The translations under genes and the position numbers were made by a program. The notes beneath the pieces were generated by a model. That model was not told the origin of the DNA. It did no database searches and was given only the letters and a program-made list of their open reading frames with translations. DNA of 64,000 nt from Eledone cirrhosa. Lineage: Eukaryota. The stretch covers positions 108,810,001 through 108,874,000 of the forward strand of contig OZ024742.1 of the NCBI GenBank assembly GCA_964016885.1, written 5' to 3'. This document shows positions 45,752 to 58,000 of this stretch, one piece after another (the stretch's first letter is position 1; every line of letters begins with the position of its first letter).

Positions 45752-48711
45752 TATATATATATACAATATATTGTGTATTTTCTGATATATGGTCCCTCTT
45801 CTCTCTCTATATATATATATATATATACATATATCTTTTCCATTTGAATTATACATACACACACACACACTATATATATATATATACATATATCTTTTCC
45901 ATTTGAATTATACATACACACACACACACAATATAATATATACACACACATCTACACACATTCACACTTATACATATACGCATATATACATACACAATTT
46001 TAAAGAAGTGAATATTTAAATAAACAATAAAATATCTTTAATCTTTTAACTAAATTTAGTAGACAAAAATATATAATAAATCAGGAAAGAAGATTGACAT
46101 GGTTTGCTATACAAAAAAGGTTTTTAATCTCATTGCTGACAATTGTTTCTCTGAACTGGTAGGTCTAGAGATCGCTATTCACTTTCTTACTTGGAAAAAG
46201 TTACATCTATTGTGCAAATTTGGTGCTGTTTGATACAGCCGTTTGGCGAAAAGTTTGTTACATACATACGGCCGTCAGCTTTATAATATAGATAGTATTA
46301 CTGTTGAAAATATATAGTATTGTACAGTATTACTGCTAAACATATATAGTATAATATTACTGTTGAAAACAGTGTAGTATTACTGTTGAAAATATATAGT
46401 ATAGTATTACTGTTGAAAATATATAGTAAAATTGATATAATACACCCTACGACACTCCTTACATGTCAACCTTATACTTCTGTTTCATGTCAGCAAACGG
46501 CTGGATCAAACAGCACCAAATTTGCACAATAGATGTAACTTTTTCCAAGTAAGAAAGTGAGGGTATTTTTGTCTACTAAATTTAGTTAAAAGATTAAAGA
46601 TATTTTATTGTTTATTTAAATATTCACTTCTTTAAAATTTTCAAATGTCAACTCTTCCGGTTAGCGATCTCTCTCTTTCTTAGTCTGTCATTTTAGATAG
46701 ATACATAGCTATAACGTCGCACCCTTATAATATGTCTCTGTATGCCTGGCTGTCTGCATTACGAAAACCATTCTGTACATTGACTTCGCTATCTGTGTGT
46801 GTATATATGTATATATAGTGGGTGTGTATATATATATATATAGATTGTATATATATATATGGAGGCACATGGCTTAGTGGTTAGAGCATTGGCCTTGCAA
46901 TTGAAAGGTTGTGGGTTCAATTCTCAGACCGGGTGATGTGTTGTTTCCTTGAGCAAGACACTTTATTTCACATTGCTCCAGTTTACTCAGCTGTAGAAAT
47001 GAGATGATAGGGACTGGGGTCCCTATCATTCCACTGCAAAGTGGTCGTGGAGGAGCCATGGCAAAAAAAAGCACCCAGCCCACACTATACATTTGCAACA
47101 GTAATACTATACTGTACTATATATTTTCAACAGTAATACTATACTGCACAGACATCTTATCGTCTGTTTAATCCAAGCGAAGCCAGGTACATCAGCTATA
47201 TATATATATATATCTGAATGCCGTAGAACACACCAATGGTAGCCGGGCGGGCCAGCTAGTACTATATATTTTCAACAGTAATACTATACTATATATTTTC
47301 TACAGTAATACTGTACTATATATTTTCTACAGTAATACTATACCATATATTTTCAACAGTAATACTATACTATATATTTTCAACAGTAATACTGTACTGT
47401 ACTATATATTTTCAACAGTGATACTGTACTGTACTATATATTTTCTACAGTAATACTGTACCATATATTTTCAACAGTAATATTATACCATATATTTTCA
47501 ACAGTAATATTATACTATATATTTTCAACAGTGATACTGTACTGTACTATATATTTTCAACAGTGATACTGTACTGTACTATATATTTTCAACAGTAATA
47601 CTGTACTATATATTTTCTACAGTAATACTATACTATATATTTTCAACAGTAATATTATACTAAATATTTTCAACAGTAATACTGTACTGTACTATATATT
47701 TTCAACAGTAATACTGTACTATATATTTTCAACAGTAATACTATACTATATATTTTCAACAGTAATACTGTACTGTACTATATATTTTCAACAGTAATAC
47801 TGTACTATATGTTTCCAACAGTAATATTATACTAAATATTTTCAACAGTAATACTGTACTGTACTATATATTTTCAACAGTAATACTGTACTATATATTT
47901 TCAACAGTAATACTATACTATATATTTTCAACAGTAATACTGTACTGTACTATATATTTTCAACAGTAATACTGTACTATATGTTTCCAACAGTAATATT
48001 ATACTAAATATTTTCAACAGTAATACTGTACTGTACTATATATTTTCAACAGTAATACTGTACTATATATTTTCAACAGTAATACTATACTATATATTTT
48101 CAACAGTAATACTGTACTGTACTATATATTTTCAACAGTAATACTGTACTATATGTTTCCAACAGTAATATTATACTAAATATTTTCAACAGTAATACTG
48201 TACTGTACTATATATTTTCAACAGTAATACTGTACTATATATTTTCAACAGTAATACTATACTATATATTTTCAACAGTAATACTGTACTGTACTATATA
48301 TTTTCAACAGTAATACTGTACTATATGTTTCCAACAGTAATATTATACTAAATATTTTCAACAGTAATACTGTACTGTACTATATATTTTCAACAGTAAT
48401 ACTGTACTATATATTTTCAACAGTAATATTATACTAAATATTTTCAACAGTAATACTGTACTGTACTATATATTTTCAACAGTAATACTATACTATATGT
48501 TTTCAACTGTAATACTGTACTATATATGTTCAACAGTAATACTATACTATATATGTTCAACAGTAATACTATACTATATATTTTCAACAGTAATACTATA
48601 CTATATGTTTTCAACAGTAATACTGTACTATACTATATATTTTCAACAGTAATACTATACAACATAGACGGCTTATCGTCTGTTTATCCAAGTGAAGCTA
48701 GGTATGTCAGC

Positions 48712-48749
<38 letters not shown>

Positions 48750-48940
48750 TACCGTAGAACACGCCAATGGTAGCCAAGTGCCAGCCGGATGCGCCAGCTA
48801 GTATATATATAAATGAGAAAACTCATCCCTAAAACAGCCACGCTCTCTTGTTCTCCCTCCCTCCCTCCCTCCCTCTCTCTCTCTCATACTGTGACCATAA
48901 AACCTTGAGAACACCACCACTAACACTGCTGTCTCTCTCA

Positions 48941-49037
<97 letters not shown>

Positions 49038-52000
49038 TCTTACCATGCCTTTTCCAGCATAGCTGACAATTTACATCACAAAAACACCAGCTTTAATAGA
49101 TACCACATTACATTTTAGTGGAACTTCCCTTTGTTGATGCAAGCATGGAAACTAGGACCTGCCTTGGCTCTTGGGAACACAGTGGTGATGAAGACGGCTG
49201 AGCAGACACCCTTAAGTGCTCTTTATATTGCACAACTTGCTGTAGAGGTAAGACACTTTTTATTTCTAACAATTTATTAACCCCATCATCACCATATTTC
49301 TCATGAAAGACACTGTCTTTGGTTTACAGATAATTTTTAAAATAAACAAGTCTTTGAAGGGATTTATCAATATAACTAATTTCTCATTACTAACCTGGTA
49401 TTTGGAACATAACTTAAGAAAATGTCTTACATAAAATTATAATGGAAGGTTTTTTTTATAAATATAAACGCTTTAATCATTTTATTACAATATTTTTAAT
49501 GAGATAACTACCTTTTGATTTTCAAATCCTAAAAATATTCATGAATGTGGAGGGATTTAGTACTATAAGAAACTTTCTCAATATTTAGCTTGTGTTTTGA
49601 ACAAGGGTTAGAAAGTCCTCATGAAAAATTATACTGGAAGGTTTAAATTTAAACATGAATACTTTAAAACAGACATCTTCCATGTTAGCAAGTGTTGGAC
49701 TAGTCATCACAAGCCACTGTCCTCTCAGACGAACTGCAAGTCACATCTCACTTTCATATGTACCCAGAGTTTACTGGGTGCATTTTATCATAGCACTTGC
49801 ACTAGGGAGGTTGATATGTCCTTGACACAAGTGAAGAATTGTCTGTCTCAACCCTTTGTTTGAAAAGTTTGCTATGGCTGAATTCCCATCCTATCTCCAA
49901 CTACTTTATAGAGTGTACTGGATTCATTTTATCATGACACCATGATAACCTTTTTGTTACAATATTTCTTGAGAAATATTGTAACGAAAAGGTTAGGAAA
50001 ATATCCTACATCTTTTTTTATTTTTTCTAAACCTTTATTTTCTCTATTGTTTAGGCTGGCTATCCTCCTGGAGTTCTGAATATTGTCCCTGGCTATGGGC
50101 CGACTGCTGGGGCTGCTCTAGCTAAACATATGAATGTTGATAAAATTGCCTTTACTGGCTCAACTGAGGTATGTCGTCTCATTTTGTTATTCTATATCAA
50201 CAATCTGTTTTCCAGGCTGGCATGGGTTGGACAGGTCATCATGATCCAAGACTAGACTGATCGATGAACCATGTCTTGCTCAAACATTGTATTGAAACTA
50301 TATATGTTCTGGTTGCCTGTGTTGTTATTGTCACTGTTGCTGGTGTTGGTTTGCTCTTGTTAATGTTAGTGGTGGTGATTGCTGGTATGATGATGGTGTA
50401 TACACACATTTGTTGTTGTTGTTGTTGTCACTGTTGCTGTCATTACCTTCCTCTTGTTAATGGTAGTAGTGGTAGTTGTTACTGCTACCTATTTTGGCTG
50501 TCAGGCTGGCTGCTGAATCAACTTCTATGAGTAAAGGTTTCTACAACAGGATGTCCTTCATAATGCCAAACACTTTCCAGGCTATTATGGGTGCATTTTA
50601 TTGTGATGCCTTCACATCTGTAATGTAAAAATTATATTATGAAAAAAATTTTTAAATATAATCTTAAAATTTGAATATTAAAATATTTGGTTATTAATTG
50701 AAAATGCGATTATTATGACTGTGTTAATGCAATTTACATATTCACTGATATATTGTGCTTCAAGTGTTTGACTTTGAAGGAAAATATGTGAGATGGGTGA
50801 GGGGGCACCATTTTCTCTATACTGCCTGGATGTGTAGCCACACAGTTGCTATATTGGTACTGTGCATATCAAAATGTTCTCACTTAGTAGCTCTGGAATA
50901 ATGCCACACAGTTGCTGTACTGGTTTTACCCTCATCAAAATGTTTTTGCTCAAATCAAACAGTCTAATTTTGAAAAAGACTGGCAATGTGGGAAATGTGG
51001 CCAATTTCTGAAATTGCTATCTTGATGCTAAATGTGTCTGACTTTGATTTTTAAAAAATTGGGGTCAGTGTAATCATCATCATCATTTAACATCTGTTGT
51101 ACACATATTTCTGAAGCTGTGATGTTTATATCTCAACCAAAATTGTTTACACAATCTTATCTATTGAGGAAAACACTAAGAATCAGAAACTGATTTAGTC
51201 TAAACTTAAAATCCAATTACTGGAGTGTCACTAACCTGCTTACATATACTTTTCGTTTGAGATAAATATTTATATATATGAGGCTTATTTGTATAATATA
51301 CTAGCCGAATTACCTGCGCCTTGCTGCGTTTCACACATTTTTTTTGTAAGAAAATTATGATTGATTTTAAATCAGTGATATAATTTATGGAGAAAAACTC
51401 TGCATTTCAATTACTCGATGTAAAATGTAATGCATGAAAAATTGGAAAACATTATTTTTTGTAATATATCAAATCAAAATTACATTATTAAATCTTATTC
51501 TTATTTTGTTTCTTGTAAATAATTTTTTTCAAAATATCAATTCAAAACTTTTGTGAATAGGCATCATATCTTGTCATTTACCTATGGTTTAAGTTTCATA
51601 TAAATCGAAGGGAAAACATTTTCAGCAGGGGTTTGTGCCCCCGGGAACCCTTTAATTAAAATGAGATATACTTATTCAAGTACCTTGGGCAATGTAGTTT
51701 CAGAATATATATGGTTATGGGGGTCTATCTCCATAGGAGGAGTTCGTGAACAAACAAACAGACAGGAACTACAACTTTATGTATATAGATTTACAAAACT
51801 GAATGTTAGTAAAACAATTACTTGTAATTTCAAAATAAAAAATCTGATACATCATTATATCATTTTTATCCATTGTGGTATGGGTTGGATACATTGTAAT
51901 TGGATTGAAAAACCTCCTATGAGATGCAGCTTTGTAGAAGGCCAGCTAAACTTACATAGGTTTAAGCTGTAATAACAACAGCATGATGCCTTATCATTAA

Positions 52001-55000
52001 AATGTCCAAGAAACCTCCTATGAGGTGCAATCTAAACCTACATAGGTATAAGCTGTAACAACATGGTAAGCCTGAAGCCCTTATCATTAAAACATCTTAG
52101 AAAACTATGACATACAACCTTATAGGAGGCCAGCTAAACCTTCATAGGTGTAAGCTGTAACATCATTAAAGCACCCAAGAAACATCCTATGACATACAGC
52201 CTTGTAGAAGGCCAGCTAAACCTACATAGGCGTGAGCAATAACATTAAAACACCCAAGAAACATCCAATGACATTGTCTTGTAGGAGGCCAACAAAATCT
52301 ACATATATGTGAGCTGTAAATTTCATTTTTATTATGTTTTTTTCTGTTTCAGATTGGCAAAATTGTCTCAGTGATGGCTACAGAGAGTAATTTGAAGAGA
52401 GTGACCTTGGAACTTGGTGGCAAAAGCCCAAATATAGTATTTGCTGATGCTGATAGTAAGCCCTGGATATATTTTCTAAAATTATTTGTTTAGCATTTTT
52501 GATACCAAATAACCTCTTTGATACCAAATACTCATGGTTCTATGATACACAACTGTTTGTTTAAAAGCATTTACATTTACCTAAAAACCTTCCATCATAA
52601 TTCTATGTTAGGAAACCTGTAAATTATGTTCCAGATTTTCAAATAATCAAAGATTTGAAGTGATTTGGTAATATAACTAACTTTCTTATTATTAAGCTGG
52701 TGTTTGGAGCATACTCTAATGAATTATGATGGAAAGTTTTTAGATAAATATAAAACACTTTAAAATGAATTGTGTGCTGTCACCTCTCCTGTTCATTATT
52801 TTCATGAACAGGATTGACATGCACAGCTGGGTTGAAAGCGGTATCACGACTGGCAGGTGTATAATCAGTTGGCTGGAATTTGCAGATGACATGGTGTTAC
52901 TTAACTCGACAGAGGGTGATCGCCAACTTGCACTTGATAGGTTTGATGTCAAGTGCTGCATGGCTGGAATAAAAGTCAGTGCTGCGAAACTGAGACACTC
53001 ATCCTCTTAAGGAAACCTGTGCAGTGCACTCTACATGTGAATGGGGTGCCACTGAAACAGGTGGAGAAGTTCAAGTATCTCGAGGTAGTGTTCACAAGTG
53101 ATGGAAGGGAGGAGGCTGAATTGAGTGCAAGAATTGCAGGAGCTGGTGCAGTAATGTGCCAGTTTCAGCATTCAGTAATCAGAAGAAGGAAGGTAGGTGT
53201 AAAAGCCAAATTCACTGTCTTCAATTCGGTATTTATGCCAACCCTTACCTATGGTCATGAATCTTGGATAATGACTGAAAAAATACAATCGCGAATACAA
53301 GCAACCAAAATTGGGTTCATCCGAAGGGTCTTTAGAGTAACGTTACTTGATAGAGTGCATAGCTCGGATATCAGAGAGTTACTTCAGGTAGAGCCGCTAG
53401 TTCTCCAAATTGAGAGATCACAGCTCTGATACTATGGGCATGTGGTTAGAATGTCTCAGGAAAGAATTGGTGGACAGATCTTACAAACAAAACCAACTGG
53501 CAGAAGACCCAGGGGTAGACCCTGAGCAAGATTGTTGGATAACATCCATGAGCTTGGCTGGTCCCACTTGGGGATCTAGCCGGATCAGTTGAAGATGGTT
53601 GCTTCTGACAGGATCCGCTGGAAGGAGTGCTTGAGGACTCTGCCCCTACAATTCTCTCGGGAATAAGTGGGTGAAGAAACTTTAAATGATCATAGAACTA
53701 ATCAGTTTCAGGTTGTTTTGTACTAAAAGGATTAAATCTCTTCAAATTTTTTTTATTTTCAAAATTATTTGAAAATTACAAGCATTATCTTCCATTAGAA
53801 ATATAACGAAAGGGTTTAAAGTCCATTTCTTATCTCAGTTTATCATGAAAGCCTTTGACCTTAGTTCTCAGAAAAATTGATTTCTATCTGATACTTAGAA
53901 AAGAAACTAAAAGTCTTACATCTCCTTTGAACTAATCTCTAAAGAAATAACCCTTACTCTCATGTGGGTTAAATATTAAGCTGGTGTTTGGAGCATACCC
54001 TAATTAATTATGATGGAAGGTTTTTAGATAAATATAAAACACTTTAAAATGAATTGTGTGCTGTCACCTCTCCTGTTCATTACTTTCATGAACAGGATTG
54101 ACATGCACAGCTGGGTTGAAAGTGGTATCACGACTGGCAGGTGTATAATCAGTTGGCTGGAATTTGCAGATAGATACCAAACCACCTGAAACTAGACATG
54201 GTTCGGTAACATCATCATCATCATCGTCATTTCATTTTACGTCCGCTTTTTCCCTGCTTGCAAGGGTGGGACGGGAACTGATCCTGGCTTGATTTCTACA
54301 GCTGGATGCCCTTCCTAACACCAACCTCATTTACAGTGAGTGCTGGGTGCTTTTTTGCCGTGGCACCTCCACGACCACTTTGCAGTGGAATGATAGGGAC
54401 CCCAGTCCCTATCATCTCATTTCTACAGCTGAGTAAACTGGAGCAATGTGAAATAAAGTGTCTTGCTCAAGGAAACAACACATCACCCGGTCTGAGAATT
54501 GAACTCACAACCTTTCGATTGCAAGTTCAATTCTCAGACCGGGTGATGTGTTGTTTCCTTGAGCAAGACATAAAAACTATTTAGTTTAAAGTATTTATAT
54601 TTATCTAAAAACTTTCTATCATAATTTTATGTAAGACCTTTTGTTATATTCCAACTACTAAATAAATTATGAGAAAGTTAGTTACATCCCTAAATCTTTT
54701 CAAATCCTTGATTATTTTCATAATTATTCGAAAATCATAAGCCATGTCTTTCATTAGAAATATGGTAACAAAAGGGGTGGAATAAAGCATCATGCTCAAG
54801 GACACAAGGCACCTCCATGAATTGAACTGACAACCTAATGCTCATTGTCAAAACTGATGGAGGATCTATCATCATCATCATCATCATCATTATAATCCTC
54901 TAAAATTACCATGCCACCTCTCTTCCAGTGAAACATGCTGTGGAGACTTGCCATCTTGGCCTGTTCTTTAACCAAGGTCAGTGCTGCTGTGCTGGCTCCA

Positions 55001-58000
55001 GGATATTTGTTGAAGAAAAGGTCTATGATGAGTTTGTGGAACGCAGTGTGGAACGAGCAAAAATGAAAGTCGTAGGAGATCCATTCAATCCCGCTTCTGA
55101 TCAAGGGCCACAGGTGAAGGCTTCTATACCTAACTGGATTTCTTTTAACACAATTTAAAATAATTTATATATCCATTTCCCCACCTCTATCCCCCCTATC
55201 TCTCTCTCTATTTACCCCTCCTCCATCTCCTCCCCCTCCTCCATCTCCTCCCCCTCTCTCTCCCTATCTCCCCCTCCCCTCCTCTGTCTGTACCTCTCTC
55301 TTATGACAAACTTTATACAGGGTCCTTTTTACAACCTGATGCCTTTCTGGTGCCATCTCTTTTAGTTGCTTCTTATGACAGACAAGGTTACAGTGTACTA
55401 CTTCTAAATTCACTTTGATATATATATATATAATTATAAAATGTGGAGAAGGAGCACACGAGTTGGAATATATATATGAAAATAGGGAAAAAAAGACAAT
55501 TATTAGGAAGAAAAATATTTCTTTTTTATTTTTATTTTTTCTCTTTTTTCTGGGTTAGAAAATGTTTAAAACAAAATATTTTACTTTGTGTGAAGTGTTA
55601 AGGTATTAGTTAATTTATTTATTAATTAACAATGACATTTATTTATTTATATATTTAATAATTGTCTATTACCGGTTTCAGCATTTTATGCATTATCAAA
55701 GGGGGGAATTTGTATTGGTGTAAAATGTTGATGTTGAACATGTTAAGGAAATGGGGAAGAAAGAATAATATTATTTACAAACAAGGTTTTTGAATTGAAA
55801 AGAAAAATAGGGGTGATGTGGAACATGATAAGGTAATGGGTAAGAAAAAATAATATTTACAGGCATAGTTCTTGAGGATAAGCAGTTCAAAATGTGTTAT
55901 GGCAAGAGCGCTTGTAAATAATATTATTCTTTCTTCCCCATTTCCTTAACATGTTCAACATCACCAACATTTTACACCAATACAAATTCCCCCCTTTGAT
56001 AATGCATAAAATGCTGAAACCGGTAATAGACAATTATTAAATATATCATCATCAACGTTTAACGTCCGTGTTCCACGCTTGCATGGGTTTGGACGGGGGT
56101 TTTCCCACTTGAGGCAAGAGTGATTGTCTTCTTGCTCGCATAGGACTGTCTGGTAGGTTTTCTACAGTTGGATGCCCTTCCCAACCACATTTACAGTGTG
56201 GATCTAGGAGGTTTTTACCGTGTTGCCTACACGGCCACATTACAGCGTGGACTGTGTGTTTTTTTGTCGTGACACCTACACGATCTCATTTGTTTCGGCC
56301 TGGATGGTGTGGCACCAACATAACTTTACATAGAAGGGGGCGGTGTGGATGGGGTGGGGGTGGTGGGACGGGGGTGTATTTTGTTAGAGATGCCTACTGA
56401 CTGTAGTAGGTTTTACTATGTATTTAGGTAAGGCGGGTCTTCTCTATTACTGAGTACCGCCAAAGGTCTCGGTCCAGTGACATTGTCTTGGAGAGGTGTA
56501 AGTGTGTGAGGTCGGAGTTTATCAGCTCGTCCCAGGTTTTTCTAGGTCTGCCTATTCCGTGGCTACCGTCTATCTTTATTGCCCTGCACTTTGTTATACA
56601 GCTATCGACTTTCATGCGCATCACGTGTCCATACCAACGTAGCCTTCTCTCGAGTAAACAACATCTGATCCCTCTTATTTCTAATTTTTTCCTTAGTTCG
56701 TTTATGCTTTAAATAAATAAATGCCATTGTTAATTAATAAATACATTAACAATACATTTACACTTCACACCAAGTAAAATATTTTGTTTTAAACATTTTC
56801 TAACCCAGAAAAAAGAGAAAAAAAATAAAAGGAAAAATATATATTTTTCTTCCTAATAATCGTCTTTTTCTCCCTATTTTCATATATATATATATATCAT
56901 GTTTAATATAGAAATGACTTCTACAGGAGACTAGAACTGTTTCATTCAAAAGAAATCATCCAGATGATTTCTTTTAACCCTTTAGCATTTAAACCGGCTG
57001 TATCCAGCCAGAATTATCTCATGTCTTTCTGTCCAAACTGGCCACTCATACTGATGTTAAGGTATTTTTCTCAAAATAAATAATATCAATCTCAGAGATT
57101 CGATATTACAAGAGATATTTATGTGAGGTGAAGCCTTAGTTACTGTGGTTACCCCCTCCCCCCTCCGATTGAACCAAGAACTCACACATGCTATTTATGT
57201 TAATAGTTTGACTTATCGCTACATTACCTCTTGGTTCATAGATGTAAATATGTCTGCCTCTTTCAGATGACTTTAGTAATGATGCGTGTGTGTGTGATAT
57301 TTGCTAAATATCATCATCATCATCATCATAATCGTTTAACGTCTATCTTCCATGCTGGCATGGGTTTAGACGGAAATTGTCCCACTTGAGGCAAGATTGG
57401 TCGGGTGACCATGTCTCGCTCGTATAGGACTGTCTGGCAGGTTTTCTACGACTGGATGCCCTTCCTAGCACTTACCACGTTTACAGTGTGGACTGGGAAG
57501 TTTTTACCGTGTTACGGCTACATTACAGCGTGAACTGTGTTTTTTTTTGTCGTGACACCTACACGACCTCATTTATTTTGGACTGGATGTTGTGGTACCA
57601 ACATAACTTTACGGAGAGAGGGTGGTGTTGGTGGCAGTGTGTGTGTGTGTGTGTGGGGTGGGGTGGGGTGGGTGGGGGGGGGGGGGGGGGGGGGTTATAT
57701 ATTTGGTTAAGAGGTGCCTACTGACTAGGTTTCGCTTTGTACATAGGCAAGGCGGGTCTTCTGTATTACTGCGTACCACCAAAGATCTCGGTCCAGTGAC
57801 ATTGTCTTAGAGAGGTGCAAGTGTGTAATGTCGGAATTTATCAAATCGTCCCAGGTTTTTCTGGGTCTACCTACTCCGTAACTTCCATCAATTTTGATCG
57901 CCCTGCATTTTTTTATACAGCTGTCTTTCATGCACATCACGTGACCATACCAACGTAGTCTTCTCTCGAGTAAACAGCATCTGATCCCTCTTATTCCTAA

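Noticed and set aside
47258-48660. CRISPR-like array of ~27-32-bp repeats
   Set aside because: Units are contiguous with no unique spacers, there are no cas genes, and the context is a eukaryotic intron.
54929-55113. Omega-crystallin (ALDH-derived lens protein) identity
   Set aside because: The QCCCAG catalytic motif and Glu268 are intact and ALDH2-like. Nothing in the sequence indicates a catalytically altered crystallin, though expression data would be needed to exclude a dual role.
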